A stretch of 64,000 nt of DNA from Candidatus Bathyarchaeota archaeon (GCA_963832745.1 CAWHVC010000002.1:128001-192000); one strand, 5' to 3'; counted from the first letter of the stretch, positions 10,636 through 21,564 are shown. Translations and numbers: made by a program. The notes: generated from the sequence alone by a model not told the origin.

Positions 10636-11383
10636 TTTCCATCTGTCCTAACTTGTCTAGTACTTTTTCAACTTCACTTCTGATTGATTCTATACGTTTT
10701 TCAGCTTCAGTTTTGGCGTCTGGCTTTTCAACTACCGTTTTACGCTTCTTTTTAGGCTTCTCTTCACTGCTTGTTGGTGCTGATTCTTCCTCTTCTTCCT
10801 CATCATCTATCTCTATTTGGGTTGGTGCTGGAGTAGGTAGTTTTATTGGTATTTCTTTTATTGGTTTAATGTCGATTCTGCCGCGGAGTTCATCAACTTT
10901 TGAGGTTAACTCGCCGAAGCGTTCGCTAAAGAGTGACATTAAATCTTCTTGCATTCCTTCAAGTTCATGTAATGCAACGATGGTTTCGTCTTTAGCTATG
11001 GATTCTTTGATTGTTGACATACGGTTTTTGTAGGTTACTGCAAGTCTGTCGCGTTCTGTTTCGGTGATTTTGCCTTCTGCTTGAGCTTCATACAGCCGCC
11101 TAATAGAGTCACCAAGAATTTCGCGTTCTAAATCTAAAATGCGTAATTCATCTTTAGCGTTTGAGGCTGTGGTTGTTTGAATGCTTTTTGATATTCTGAA
11201 TGGTAGATTAGTTAATTCTAAATCTATGTTTTTAGGGTCTCTGCTTTTGATTTTTTCTTCTGGCTCTGGCTTTTTTTTGCCCCTAAGTCTCATTCCAAAA
11301 AGTACTGACATGGCTGCGGTTATAGCCAGTGTTACCGCTAGAATGATTATTATGATGATTGTTGGGTCATCGTACCAAGCCAT
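10625..11383 (-). CDS. Hypothetical membrane-anchored coiled-coil protein
   Basis: N-terminal TM helix, heptad-rich middle, acidic/basic linker; overlaps the rpiA start. Confidence 0.75.
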   Translation of the reverse strand: MAWYDDPTIIIIIILAVTLAITAAMSVLFGMRLRGKKKPEPEEKIKSRDPKNIDLELTNLPFRISKSIQTTTASNAKDELRILDLEREILGDSIRRLYEAQAEGKITETERDRLAVTYKNRMSTIKESIAKDETIVALHELEGMQEDLMSLFSERFGELTSKVDELRGRIDIKPIKEIPIKLPTPAPTQIEIDDEEEEEESAPTSSEEKPKKKRKTVVEKPDAKTEAEKRIESIRSEVEKVLDKLGQMEIEN

Positions 11384-11789
11384 GCCGTGCTATCCTCTGT
11401 AATGTGATTGCATATGATGTATAAATAAATTAATATAATTAATCCCTAAGCTTACCGTTTAATATTTAAATGAACATTGAAAAACCTTATGTGCTTGTTT
11501 TAAAGGAAGATGCATCTTTGCTTGTTTTGTCCCTGTTTAATATGCTGGTTTAATTTTTTATTTAACTATCTTGTTGCTTGCAGAAACAGGGTTAGCTGAT
11601 TTTATAATGCCAATTGGCAGGTTGTTAACAATTAATAATTTTGTTTTAAAATAATTTGTTTTTACAAAAAAAGCGGTTAGCCGATATTTTACTTAACTCT
11701 TATAAGTATCTTCTTTTTTATTGTTTTTTATAGCGCTGGTAAGCGTCGACGTATAAAACGTTGAATTAGGTTTATGGAGCGTTTTTTTA

Positions 11790-12254
11790 TTGAAAACTCA
11801 TTTTTGGAAAGGTTTGTCTACGCCTGTTTTTTTAGCAATCATGACAATAATCTTGCTGGTATCAGTCTCTTCATTGGGTTTGCTTACAATTAACAAAACA
11901 ATCTCATCCACTGGAACAATCGTGGTGTCAACTCCTAACCTTGGCATTTTTTCAGACAGTCAGTGCACGCAGTCATTGACTATCTTCGATTGGGGGTCAA
12001 TTGCGCCTGACACGTCGGTTACTAAAACCATCTACATCAAAAATTCTGGAGATGTGCCCTTAACTTTGACTATGGCATCGAGTGGTTGGGACCCCGCTGC
12101 CGCCGCAAATTCGATGGGGTTGACTTGGAATAAGCAAAGTTCGACACTGGCTGTTGGGCAAACTACGTCTGCAGTTTTAACTTTGACTGTTGATTCTGAT
12201 ATTAGCGGTATATCGACTTTTAGCGTAGACATTATAGTGTCTGGTACAGGGTAG
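11790..12254 (+). CDS. Secreted/membrane-anchored Ig-like hypothetical protein
   Basis: N-terminal hydrophobic helix; IYIKNSGDVPLTLT beta-rich, Ser/Thr-rich. Confidence 0.75.
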   Translation: MKTHFWKGLSTPVFLAIMTIILLVSVSSLGLLTINKTISSTGTIVVSTPNLGIFSDSQCTQSLTIFDWGSIAPDTSVTKTIYIKNSGDVPLTLTMASSGWDPAAAANSMGLTWNKQSSTLAVGQTTSAVLTLTVDSDISGISTFSVDIIVSGTG

Positions 12255-12444
12255 GCTTCCACTTTTTCTTCTTTATTTTCATTTATAAAAAAGCATGGGT
12301 TTTTTGTTAAATTTTGGCAAGAATTAATTGTATTCGATGTATTTCATTTAATTTTTGCTTGGTAAGTTAACTCGTTGCTTACAATAATTTAAATCCCTAA
12401 CTTTGCTTATAGTAGGTTAGCGATTTTTTAGGAGAAAAATTAAA

Positions 12445-14985
12445 TTGAAAAAAACATTTGCTTTTCTTTTCGTTTTAACCCTGTTAGTAGCATCGTTAAC
12501 ATTTGCAATATTAGAAAAACCAGTTTCGGCTCAATACTGGGATACAAGCGGTCAATACCATTCAACAATGGGTGGGCAAATTCCTGCTGGCGTAACTCCT
12601 GACACTATTGTTCCAACGCATGCATTCATTGCCGTTACACCTAATCCTATAGGTAAAGGGCAAACATTGCTGGTTAATGTTTGGACTACTCCTGGAACAG
12701 ACGTTAGCCGGTACCACACTGGTTACACCGTTACTATCACAAAGCCTGATGGTTCAACAGAAAACAAAACCATGAATTCTTACTACGCAGACTCCACATC
12801 CTACTTTACTTATGTACCAGAAACTACTGGAGACTACAAGTTTCAATTCACCTTTGCAGGTGACTATTATGCTGCAGGGAATTATACTATGAATCAAGGT
12901 GCCGTCTTCCTGATGGGGGGAGGTAGCCAAAACGTAAGCTTCACAAAATCCGCATGGTATGAACCCTCAACGAGTACAGTCACTACTGTAACAGTTCAAG
13001 AAGACCCTGTAATGTCCTGGCCGCCTTCTCAATTACCAAGTGATTACTGGACGAGACCCATTTCGCCTGAAAACCGTGAATGGTGGATCATCGCAGGTAA
13101 TTATCCTGGAATAGGTGAAGTAGGTGGTGGACCTTCTTGGCCAGCAGACACAAACACTTACGTTACTAGTTCTTACTCTTTTGTTCCTTATGCTTTAGGT
13201 CCTAACTCTGCTCACGTTGTTTGGAGAATGCCTGTGTCTGATGCAGGTCTTGTAGGGGGTATACATGGAACTGACTCCTATGTAGGCGGCGGCTTCGGTG
13301 TAGGTCCATCAGTCATTTACAATGGACGTGCATATCAACAAATATCCCAAGGTGGATCCAACAATATTTTAGAATGCTACGATATACGAACTGGTGCAGT
13401 ATATTGGCAGATTCCAAACCCGATTCCCTCCTCAAACCTCTTTGGCTTTGTCATGTCTGGCTCAATGTACCTATCTTACAGTGAAGGAACCGCAGAAGTA
13501 CCAGGTGGAACGGCTTCATCGATGAGTGCCGGAGCGACTCTTGTCTGCTTAGGTAACAACCTTGTCAAGATTGATCCATTCAGCGGTGCAGTAACATTAA
13601 ACGTTACAGGCATGTCAGGAACTTACTACGCAGACCCGTATGTTTTAAGTGTGCAAGCTCTTGGCTCTCCAATGGCTCCAACAGGATATCGCTTGCTAAA
13701 CTGGAGTATTACAGGTTCAACAACCAACTTTACAAACCGTGTTGTTAGTAACATTTCATGGCCAATAAGCAGTTTGCCTTCAACAACTGACTTCGAAGCT
13801 GGAGTAGCCGTTTCTATAAGCAGTATCCCTGACTCAGCCGTAGGACCCTACGGTGCCGTAGGAACAATGCTATCTGGATACAGCATAACCACAGGTCAAA
13901 TGCTTTGGAACATAACAGAATCTGGTACAGGATACAGTTTGGCTTGTGAATGTGCAGACCACGGAAAAGTAGCTCTCCTTATGACCACTGGAGTATGGAA
14001 AGCATGGGATATACAAACAGGTGCAGTAGCTTGGATAAGTGAACCAATGGCTAATCCATGGGGGCTATCAAGCTTTGGCGATTACGGACAACAATCAGCA
14101 TACGGTTTACTTTACAGAGAATCCTATGATGGTGTCTATGCGTTTAACTGGAGTAATGGCCAAATAGCTTGGCATTTCATGGCTCCATCAGTACCGTTTG
14201 AAACGCCCTACAGCGGCAACTACTCGTTTAACGGCGGCGGAATTGTTGCGGACGGAAAACTTTACACGTACAACACAGAACACACACCAAGCAACCCAAT
14301 TACAAGGGGCTGGAGACTTTTCTGTATTAACGCGACCTCCGGCGAAGGTATATGGAATATAACTGGACCAATGACTCCGATGGCGGTAGCAGACGGGTAT
14401 CTTGCAGCAAGCAACGGATATGATGGTTACATGTACGTGTTCGGTAAAGGCCAAAGCCAAACCACTGTATCAGTGCCCCAGACTCAAATTCCCACAGGAA
14501 CAAGCGTTATCATCTCAGGTTCAATCTTAGACCAATCACCTGGCAGTGCAGGTAAAGCATGTGTATCTAAAGATTCTATGACGGCATATATGGAGTACCT
14601 TTACATGCAGCATCCAATCGACGGTATCTATCATAACTTGACGATAACCGGCGTTCCAGTGTCAATAGATGCCGTTGATCCAAACAACAACACAATACAC
14701 ATCGGTGACACAACAAGCGATCTAAGCGGAACTTACAGTTTTGTTTGGATGCCAACAATGGATGGGACATACACAATAACTGCAACATTCATGGGTGACG
14801 AATCCTACGGAAGTTCATGGGCTGAAACAAGCGCTGTAGTAGTAGCTGGCTCAGGAACAACATCAACGCCGACACCAACCGCATTAACTTTGCCACCATA
14901 CGAATTATACACTATTGGTACAGGCATCGCAGTAATTATTGCAATCGCTATAGTAGGTTTACTAACACTTAGAAAGCGGCCTTAA
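12445..14985 (+). CDS. Cell-surface PQQ-like beta-propeller protein with Ig-like domains and C-terminal TM anchor
   Basis: Signal peptide; repeated xxTGxxxW blades (DIRTGAVYW, ITTGQMLW, IQTGAVAW, ATSGEGIW); C-terminal TM followed by RKRP. Confidence 0.85.
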   Translation: MKKTFAFLFVLTLLVASLTFAILEKPVSAQYWDTSGQYHSTMGGQIPAGVTPDTIVPTHAFIAVTPNPIGKGQTLLVNVWTTPGTDVSRYHTGYTVTITKPDGSTENKTMNSYYADSTSYFTYVPETTGDYKFQFTFAGDYYAAGNYTMNQGAVFLMGGGSQNVSFTKSAWYEPSTSTVTTVTVQEDPVMSWPPSQLPSDYWTRPISPENREWWIIAGNYPGIGEVGGGPSWPADTNTYVTSSYSFVPYALGPNSAHVVWRMPVSDAGLVGGIHGTDSYVGGGFGVGPSVIYNGRAYQQISQGGSNNILECYDIRTGAVYWQIPNPIPSSNLFGFVMSGSMYLSYSEGTAEVPGGTASSMSAGATLVCLGNNLVKIDPFSGAVTLNVTGMSGTYYADPYVLSVQALGSPMAPTGYRLLNWSITGSTTNFTNRVVSNISWPISSLPSTTDFEAGVAVSISSIPDSAVGPYGAVGTMLSGYSITTGQMLWNITESGTGYSLACECADHGKVALLMTTGVWKAWDIQTGAVAWISEPMANPWGLSSFGDYGQQSAYGLLYRESYDGVYAFNWSNGQIAWHFMAPSVPFETPYSGNYSFNGGGIVADGKLYTYNTEHTPSNPITRGWRLFCINATSGEGIWNITGPMTPMAVADGYLAASNGYDGYMYVFGKGQSQTTVSVPQTQIPTGTSVIISGSILDQSPGSAGKACVSKDSMTAYMEYLYMQHPIDGIYHNLTITGVPVSIDAVDPNNNTIHIGDTTSDLSGTYSFVWMPTMDGTYTITATFMGDESYGSSWAETSAVVVAGSGTTSTPTPTALTLPPYELYTIGTGIAVIIAIAIVGLLTLRKRP

Positions 14986-15346
14986 AAACCGCATTTTTCC
15001 CTTTTCTTTTTATTTTTTTAGTTTAAGGGTTTTTTAACAAAAAAGGGCTAGCCTAAATGGTAACAAATATGCCACTTCACCTATGTATCCATGGATAATG
15101 GCTTGTTTTTGTGCAAAATTATGTTTCTGATGCCCTGCACGTCACTTTTTTGTTTTAAAGTGATTAATTATGCGGGGGCGAGGCAAGGTCGACTTTTGGG
15201 TCTATTTTGCGTTCGCGCTGGGCGTATTTGGAAAAACTATATTAGATTAATTGCACTCCAAAGTCTGACACACCTCACGCGTTCGAATTGATCCCGTCGC
15301 AGGGATGCTAAATGGCTCGATAAAAGTAAAATCTTACTTGTGATAC

Positions 15347-15362
15347 GGAAAGCCATATAAAT
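15347..15362 (+). promoter_or_regulatory. Putative BRE/TATA promoter of the ribosomal protein cluster
   Basis: GGAAAG-CC-ATATAAAT ~40 nt upstream of the rpl22 ATG. Confidence 0.55.
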
Positions 15363-15400
15363 CGCTTTTACGTGTTTGTTTGCGCATCGGAGATATAGAA

Positions 15401-15877
15401 ATGCCAAAATGGGGATACTCCATCATTCAAGAAACCTTAAATCCGGAAAAAACAGCGAAAGCCAGCGGAAGAGAACTCAAGGTATCCCATAAAGCGGCAA
15501 GAGAAGTTTGCCGTGCTGTCAGGGGTATGATGCTTAGTAACGCAAAAGAATATTTGCGTGATGTCATCGTAATGAAAAAAGCTGTCCCCTACGCAAGATA
15601 CAAGAAGAAACTCGGCCACAGACGTGGTTTAGTCCGTACTTTTGCCGGAAGATACCCAATCAAAACATCCGAACAAATCCTCCGTGTTATCGAAGCAGCA
15701 GAAGCAAATGCTGAAAACAAAGGCTTAGACGTTGACCGCCTAAGAATCATTCACGCTGCTGCCTATCCAGGTATGAAACTCAAACGTTTCACTCCGCGAG
15801 CACACGGTAGAGCATCACCAAAATACGATACCACAACACACGTTGAAATCGTTTTAGACGAGAAACCGGGAGAATAG
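15401..15877 (+). CDS. rpl22: 50S ribosomal protein L22 (uL22)
   Basis: KVSHKAAREVC, GRYPIK, PRAHGRA. Confidence 0.96.
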   Translation: MPKWGYSIIQETLNPEKTAKASGRELKVSHKAAREVCRAVRGMMLSNAKEYLRDVIVMKKAVPYARYKKKLGHRRGLVRTFAGRYPIKTSEQILRVIEAAEANAENKGLDVDRLRIIHAAAYPGMKLKRFTPRAHGRASPKYDTTTHVEIVLDEKPGE

Positions 15878-15879
15878 GC

Positions 15880-16629
15880 ATGTCAATAGTTAAACGTTTT
15901 ATAACTGAAGCAATAAAAAGAACCGAAATTGACGAGTTCTTACAGAAAAAACTTGAACGCGCAGGATACGGTGGAGTAAACCTTTCAAAAACTCCGCTGG
16001 GAACCCACGTTGTTATCTACGCCATGAGACCAGGATTAGTTATTGGTCGAGGCGGAGAAACCATCAAAGAACTCGCAGCATCATTAGAAGAAAACTTTAA
16101 GCTTTCTAACCCACAAATCAGCGTCTCCGAAATTGAAGTTCCAGAATTTAACGCTCTAGTAGTTGCAAACCGTGTTTCATCTGCCTTGCAGCGAGGAGTT
16201 CACTTTAGACGCGCAGGTTTCTGGGCATTAAACCAAGTTATGGAAGCAGGCGCATTAGGCTGCGAAATTGTTATCAGCGGTAAACTTCGCACAGAACGCG
16301 CAAGATTCGAAAAATTCCGTGCAGGATACTTCCCAAGATGTGGAGAACCAGCACTAGTTTTCACCAAGAAAGCTGAAGCTCACGTCCAACTTAAACCCGG
16401 CATGATTGGTGTCCGCGTTAAAATTATGCCTCCAGACGCACAATTCCCAGACAAAATCAAAATAGCAGCAGCATTACCTCCTGAAGAAGAAAAAGAAATT
16501 GTTCCCCAAGCACCAGTAGCAGCTAAAGCACCCGAGCCAGCACCTGAGCCTGAACCAGCACCAGAAGAAACCGTTGTAGCTAAAGAAGTCGCTGACGAAG
16601 CACCCGAAACTGAGGAGGCAAAAGAGTAA
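15880..16629 (+). CDS. rps3: 30S ribosomal protein S3 (uS3) with Pro/Glu/Ala-rich tail
   Basis: RPGLVIGRGG KH motif; GCEIVISGKL. Confidence 0.97.
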   Translation: MSIVKRFITEAIKRTEIDEFLQKKLERAGYGGVNLSKTPLGTHVVIYAMRPGLVIGRGGETIKELAASLEENFKLSNPQISVSEIEVPEFNALVVANRVSSALQRGVHFRRAGFWALNQVMEAGALGCEIVISGKLRTERARFEKFRAGYFPRCGEPALVFTKKAEAHVQLKPGMIGVRVKIMPPDAQFPDKIKIAAALPPEEEKEIVPQAPVAAKAPEPAPEPEPAPEETVVAKEVADEAPETEEAKE

Positions 16630-16913
16630 TGCCTATAATGCGACTCCAAGAAATCATCAACATGTCCAGCATGGACAGAACAAAAAAACTTTCAGAATTA
16701 CGCACTGAACTTGCACGCATGCATACAATGATCAATGCGGGCGGCGCTGTTGAAAATCCAACACGCGTAAGAGAATTGCGTAAAACTATCGCTCAAATTC
16801 TCACTATTGAGAATGAGCAGAAACTTAACCTTAGGGCTCCAGCTCAAGTAAAAGAAGAAAAGAAAGCTGAAAAAAAGCCCAAGGTGACACAATCTAAGGA
16901 GAAACAGGATTAA
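16629..16913 (+). CDS. rpl29: 50S ribosomal protein L29 (uL29)
   Basis: ENPTRVRELRKTIAQILT; operon position. Confidence 0.93.
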   Translation: MPIMRLQEIINMSSMDRTKKLSELRTELARMHTMINAGGAVENPTRVRELRKTIAQILTIENEQKLNLRAPAQVKEEKKAEKKPKVTQSKEKQD

Positions 16914-17194
16914 TGAAAATAACCCCAGACATCATCCGATACGAGTTTATCGGCACGGCAGCTCAAGTCGCCCAAAGTAACCATCCTGGTTACCTTGGAT
17001 TAAGCGGCAGAGTTATCGGGGAAACAAAAAATTCTTTCACTTTAGACAGTGAAGGCAAAACTAAAAGCGTAATTAAAGACTCAGCTGTTTTTAACTTCGC
17101 ATTCAATGATGGTACAATCGTTGAAATTGACGGTAAACTTTTGGTTGGAAGACCAGAGGATAGACTTAAAAAAAGCATTAAGAGGTTATGGTAA
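16913..17194 (+). CDS. rnp1: Ribonuclease P protein subunit p29 (Rpp29/Pop4)
   Basis: EFIG, GRVIGETKN, GRPEDRLK; operon position. Confidence 0.92.
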   Translation: MKITPDIIRYEFIGTAAQVAQSNHPGYLGLSGRVIGETKNSFTLDSEGKTKSVIKDSAVFNFAFNDGTIVEIDGKLLVGRPEDRLKKSIKRLW

Positions 17195-17514
17195 TGTCTC
17201 TAACATTCAAGCAACCTAAAAAAACATGCGATGACCGCAATTGTCCATTCCACGGAGCACTGGCCATAAGAGGCCGTATTCTGGAAGGAGTAGTTGTTTC
17301 TGGAAAAATGGATAAAACAGTCATAGTTGACAGAGAATTTATGCAGTTCTCATCAAAGTTCTCAAGATACGAACGAAGACACGGTCATATTGCATCACAC
17401 AACCCACCTTGCATTGACGTTAAAGAAGGCGACCGCGTAAGAATTGCTGAATGCAGACCAATCAGCAAAACTGTATCTTTCGTAGTTGTTGAAAAATTAG
17501 GAGAGGAAAAGTAA
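17188..17514 (+). CDS. rps17: 30S ribosomal protein S17 (uS17)
   Basis: [18 protein letters not shown]. Confidence 0.96.
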   Translation: MVMSLTFKQPKKTCDDRNCPFHGALAIRGRILEGVVVSGKMDKTVIVDREFMQFSSKFSRYERRHGHIASHNPPCIDVKEGDRVRIAECRPISKTVSFVVVEKLGEEK

Positions 17515-17515
17515 A

Positions 17516-17959
17516 ATGTGTGCAGCGAAGGCAAAGCAGAGAGCCCTTACAGCAAAAGGCATGCTTTCTCACGGACAAAAAGTTAGCAGAGGCTTACAAT
17601 CAGGTTCTGAACTCCGATGCACTGACAACACAGGCGCACGAGTTCTTCGATTAATTCAAGCAATGGGCTACAAAGGACGCCTGAGACGTTACCCATCCGC
17701 CACAGTAGGCGATAAAGTGACTGTTTCAGTACGTCAAGGCTCACCAGACATGCGTAAAAAGATCTTCCAAGCAGTCATTGTACGCCAAAGACGATCTTTC
17801 CGTAGAGTCGACGGCGTTTGGGTACAATTTGAAGATAACGCAGCAGTAATTATTACTCCTGAAGGTGAAATGAAAGGCTCCGAAATCAGGGGACCAGTTG
17901 CAAGAGAAGCTGCAGAAAGATGGCCAAGAATCGCCAGCGCCTCAAGCATAATTGTTTAA
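17516..17959 (+). CDS. rpl14: 50S ribosomal protein L14 (uL14)
   Basis: [26 protein letters not shown]. Confidence 0.97.
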   Translation: MCAAKAKQRALTAKGMLSHGQKVSRGLQSGSELRCTDNTGARVLRLIQAMGYKGRLRRYPSATVGDKVTVSVRQGSPDMRKKIFQAVIVRQRRSFRRVDGVWVQFEDNAAVIITPEGEMKGSEIRGPVAREAAERWPRIASASSIIV

Positions 17960-17975
17960 GGAGAGAAAAAGACAC

Positions 17976-18575
17976 ATGCAATTAAAAGTAAAGAATCCGG
18001 GCAAGCAACGTAAACGCCTTTACAACGCCCCTGCTCATATACGTCACAAGTTAATGGCTGCTCCACTTACAAAAGAGTTAGCCGCAAAGCAAGGAATAAA
18101 AACTCTGCCTGTGCGAAAAGGTGACACAGTTCACATTGCACGCGGAGACAACAAGGGATTTGAAGGTAAAGTTTCCCGCGTTGATCCTAGAATTTACCGT
18201 ATTTACATTGAAGGCTTAACACGTGAAAAAGTTGATGGCACCAACATTTTCCTTCCAGTGCATCCTTCCAAGGTTATGATTAAAAACCTTAATCTTGACG
18301 ATAAAAAACGTAAAACGATCATTGGAAGAAAGAAGCCACTTGAAAAAGAAGCTGCTCCAAAACCAACAAACATTCCTGTAACAACCGTTAAAGCAAAACC
18401 AGAGCCGAAAGTTCCAGTTGAAGAAGTCGAAGCACCCGCAAAGCCAGTAGTTGTAAAAGAAGCTCCAGAACCAAAAAAGGTAGCAGTCAAAAAGGCGCCA
18501 GCGGCAAAACAAGAAGCCGAATCTAAGCCTAGTGCTAAACCGAAAGCCCCTAAAAAAACTGAGGGAGGACAATAA
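17976..18575 (+). CDS. rpl24: 50S ribosomal protein L24 (uL24) with long Lys/Pro/Ala-rich C-terminal extension
   Basis: PGKQRK, VRKGDTV, HPSKVMI. Confidence 0.95.
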   Translation: MQLKVKNPGKQRKRLYNAPAHIRHKLMAAPLTKELAAKQGIKTLPVRKGDTVHIARGDNKGFEGKVSRVDPRIYRIYIEGLTREKVDGTNIFLPVHPSKVMIKNLNLDDKKRKTIIGRKKPLEKEAAPKPTNIPVTTVKAKPEPKVPVEEVEAPAKPVVVKEAPEPKKVAVKKAPAAKQEAESKPSAKPKAPKKTEGGQ

Positions 18576-18577
18576 AA

Positions 18578-19345
18578 TTGGGTAGAAAAGGAAAAACAGC
18601 AAGGCTGAAACGTAAGCCAGCACCAAAATTCTGGCCTATTCACAGAAAAGAATCTCCATGGGTAGTTAAACCTGTATCTGGTCCACATTCACTTCAAAAA
18701 TGTTTACCAATGACACTTGTACTCCGTGACATGCTCGGAGTTGCAGATACCAGAAAAGAAGGAAAACTTATCCTGTCAGAAGGCACAGTTCAAGTAAACG
18801 GTATAGTCCGCAAAAAAGATGATTTCCCAGTTGGTTTAATGGATGTCATCTCAATGCCTGAATCAAATCAGTACTACCGCGTTGTGCCTTCACACAAAGG
18901 ATTAGTCCTGTTACCAATCAACAAAGAAGACGCAAAATACAGGCTCGTCCGTGTTGAAAATAAAACAACAACCTCGGTTGGTGTTCAAATTGCACTTCAC
19001 GACGGTACAAACATGTTAGTCAAAGTTGCAGACCCTAAAAACCCCGTTGAAGTAAAATACGAAACCTTCGACATCCTTAAAATAAACATTGCAGATGGTC
19101 AAGTAGCTGAAACACTCAAAACAAAAGAAGGTAACACTGCAGTAATCACCGGCGGTAAAAACATCGGTGTCCAAGGCAAAATTGTTGAAATAGAAAAAAC
19201 TGAAGCCAAGAAACGTCGACAAGCACTAGTCGTCATTGAAGATGATCAAGGTGCACGTTGCCAAACAATATTGGACTTCATCTTTTCTATTGGCAGCAAC
19301 GAGCAACAAGTAATAGCAGAACCGGAGGAAACCACAGTTGTCTGA
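18578..19345 (+). CDS. rps4e: 30S ribosomal protein S4e (eS4)
   Basis: LKRKPAP.FWPI, PVGLMDVI, ITGGKNIG; TTG start. Confidence 0.96.
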   Translation: MGRKGKTARLKRKPAPKFWPIHRKESPWVVKPVSGPHSLQKCLPMTLVLRDMLGVADTRKEGKLILSEGTVQVNGIVRKKDDFPVGLMDVISMPESNQYYRVVPSHKGLVLLPINKEDAKYRLVRVENKTTTSVGVQIALHDGTNMLVKVADPKNPVEVKYETFDILKINIADGQVAETLKTKEGNTAVITGGKNIGVQGKIVEIEKTEAKKRRQALVVIEDDQGARCQTILDFIFSIGSNEQQVIAEPEETTVV

Positions 19346-19877
19346 AGAAGCCCCAATTGAACAGTGGACTGAACACAAAATGATGCAACCACGAATAGAA
19401 AAAGTGGTTGTTAACCTCAACATCGGCAAGTCAGGCGAACCGCTTGAAAAAGCCACACGTGTACTCAGTGAAATTTCAGGTCAAACACCTTACAAAGCAA
19501 AAGCAAAGAAAAGCATCAGAGACTGGGGCATCAGACAAGGTGAACCAATCGCATGCGTTGTAACACTGCGCCGTGAAAAAGGATTGGACTTCCTAAAGAA
19601 GGTACTTCCAGTCGTGGATAATAAAATTGCAGAACGTTCATTCGACCAAGTTGGAAACTTTGCATTCGGCTTAAAAGAACACATTGACATACCCGGCGTT
19701 AAATATGACCCTGAAATCGGAATCTTCGGAATGGACATTTGCGTTTCAGTAAATCGTCCAGGTCAACGCATAAAGATTCGGCGAAAGCAAACAAAACGTA
19801 TCGGCAAAAAACACTTGCTTACACCTGAAGAGTCCATCGCGTACATTAGACAAACTTTAGGAGTCGAAATCGTTTAA
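19338..19877 (+). CDS. rpl5: 50S ribosomal protein L5 (uL5)
   Basis: [28 protein letters not shown]. Confidence 0.97.
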   Translation: MSEEAPIEQWTEHKMMQPRIEKVVVNLNIGKSGEPLEKATRVLSEISGQTPYKAKAKKSIRDWGIRQGEPIACVVTLRREKGLDFLKKVLPVVDNKIAERSFDQVGNFAFGLKEHIDIPGVKYDPEIGIFGMDICVSVNRPGQRIKIRRKQTKRIGKKHLLTPEESIAYIRQTLGVEIV

Positions 19878-19894
19878 ATTTAGAGTGTGAATGT

Positions 19895-20059
19895 ATGGGA
19901 AAACAGCAAACTAAAAAAGAACGAAAATACGGTAAAGGTTCACGACCATGCGTTAGATGCGGTGCTTATGGACCAGTTATCCGACGTTATGATTTATATT
20001 TATGTAGGCAATGTTTTAGAGAAGCAGCGCCGAAATTAGGATTCAAAAAATATGAGTAG
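19895..20059 (+). CDS. rps14: 30S ribosomal protein S14 (uS14, Zn-binding); absent from the ORF track
   Basis: Hand translation [54 protein letters not shown]. Confidence 0.96.
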   Translation: MGKQQTKKERKYGKGSRPCVRCGAYGPVIRRYDLYLCRQCFREAAPKLGFKKYE

Positions 20060-20070
20060 GAGCTAGGGCA

Positions 20071-20454
20071 ATGGATACTTTAACAAATGGATTAATAACA
20101 ATCATAAACAATGAGATGCGCAATAAACGCGAGTGCATCATTAGCCCAGCCTCTAAACTGTTAGGCCGCGTTTTACGCATAATGCAGCTTAACGGTTACA
20201 TAGGTGAATTTGAATTCATCGATGATGGTCGCCTAGGCAAATTCAAAGTTCAACTACTAGGCAGAATTAACAAGTGTGGTGCAATTAAACCACGCTTCCC
20301 ATCCAAAGTCGGTGAATTCGAAGATTGGGAAAAGAAATTCCTTCCATCAAGAGACGTGGGGTTAATGGTTGTTTCAACCTCTAAAGGCGTTATTGCACAC
20401 AAGGATGCTGAACAAAAGAACGTAGGAGGAAGGCTGTTAGCCTTCGTGTACTAA
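20071..20454 (+). CDS. rps8: 30S ribosomal protein S8 (uS8)
   Basis: GYIGEFE, INKCGAIKPR, STSKG, GGRLLAFVY. Confidence 0.97.
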   Translation: MDTLTNGLITIINNEMRNKRECIISPASKLLGRVLRIMQLNGYIGEFEFIDDGRLGKFKVQLLGRINKCGAIKPRFPSKVGEFEDWEKKFLPSRDVGLMVVSTSKGVIAHKDAEQKNVGGRLLAFVY

Positions 20455-20455
20455 G

Positions 20456-21010
20456 GTGTTTTTTATGCGGCTCCCAGAAATATCTAAAACCCTTCAGGTT
20501 CCTGAAGACGTGACCGTTACTCTACAGGGCAAAAAAGTTAGTGTAAAAGGCGCAAAAGGCTCCTTAATACGTGACTTCTATTTTGCTCCTATTTCAATTG
20601 ACGCTGAAGGCAAAAACGTTCGTGTTTCGGCAAAGTGGCCCCGCAAAAAGGAAGCTGCTCTTGTCGGCACAATCTACTCGCATATTCAGAACATGATAAC
20701 AGGCGTAACCAAAGGCTACTCTTACAAGCTAAAGATTGTGTTCTCTCACTTTCCAATATCTGTAAAGCTTGAAGGCAGAAGCATTCTGATTGAAAACTTT
20801 ACTGGCGAAAGAAGAGCACGACACATAAAAATCATCGGCGACGTTAAAGTCAAAATTGAAACAGACGACATCATTGTCTCAGGGATAAACCTGGAAGACG
20901 TAAGTCAAACAGCAGCCAACATTGAGCAAGCAACACGTGTCAGAGGTAAAGACCCGCGTGTTTTCCTTGACGGCTTATACGTTTACGAAAGAAATGAGGG
21001 TATGGCATAA
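20456..21010 (+). CDS. rpl6: 50S ribosomal protein L6 (uL6)
   Basis: HIQNMITGVT, SHFPI, DPRVFLDGLY. Confidence 0.97.
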   Translation: MFFMRLPEISKTLQVPEDVTVTLQGKKVSVKGAKGSLIRDFYFAPISIDAEGKNVRVSAKWPRKKEAALVGTIYSHIQNMITGVTKGYSYKLKIVFSHFPISVKLEGRSILIENFTGERRARHIKIIGDVKVKIETDDIIVSGINLEDVSQTAANIEQATRVRGKDPRVFLDGLYVYERNEGMA

Positions 21011-21564
21011 TGACCGAAAAGAAACCACAACTGCAGCGCAAAGCACTCAGAACAAGGGCACGCGCACGAAACAAGAAACCCGCTTTCCTTAGACCAGAAA
21101 GCTGGCGAGACAGCAAATTCAGCGAGAGCTGGCGAAGACCACGCGGCTTAGACAATAAAGTCCGTCGAAAAATCAAAGGTTGGCCCGCAAGCCCCAGCAC
21201 TGGATACAAAGGTCCCAAAATTGCCCGTGGATTACATCCATCAGGCTACAGGGAAGTCATGATTTACAATGCTGAATCAGTCGCTGCCGTTGACCCTAAC
21301 ACTCAGGCTATCCGTATAGCTCATACAGTTGGCAACAAAAAACGTGCCTTAATAATCGCTGAAGCTGAAAAATTGCAAGTCAAAATCCTTAACGTTAACG
21401 TTGTTACGGAAGAGACAGAGGCTGAAGGCGAAGAAGAAGCTGAGGCTGAGGAACAGGAAGCAGAAAAGAAAACTGAGAAAGCAAAAGAAAAGAAGAAGAC
21501 CAAGAAGCCCAAAGCTAAAGAGGACAAATCAAAGGCCAAAAAGTCTAAGGAGAAGAAGAAATAA
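21010..21564 (+). CDS. rpl32e: 50S ribosomal protein L32e with acidic-then-basic C-terminal tail
   Basis: WRRPRGLDNK, RGLHPSG. Confidence 0.95.
   Translation: MTEKKPQLQRKALRTRARARNKKPAFLRPESWRDSKFSESWRRPRGLDNKVRRKIKGWPASPSTGYKGPKIARGLHPSGYREVMIYNAESVAAVDPNTQAIRIAHTVGNKKRALIIAEAEKLQVKILNVNVVTEETEAEGEEEAEAEEQEAEKKTEKAKEKKKTKKPKAKEDKSKAKKSKEKKK

Noticed and set aside
15091-15330. ORF 15091..15291 or a structured leader (ATCCC-GTCGCA-GGGAT hairpin) upstream of rpl22
   Set aside because: The ORF has no protein-like features; the 5-bp hairpin lies upstream of the probable TATA box and is too weak to call.
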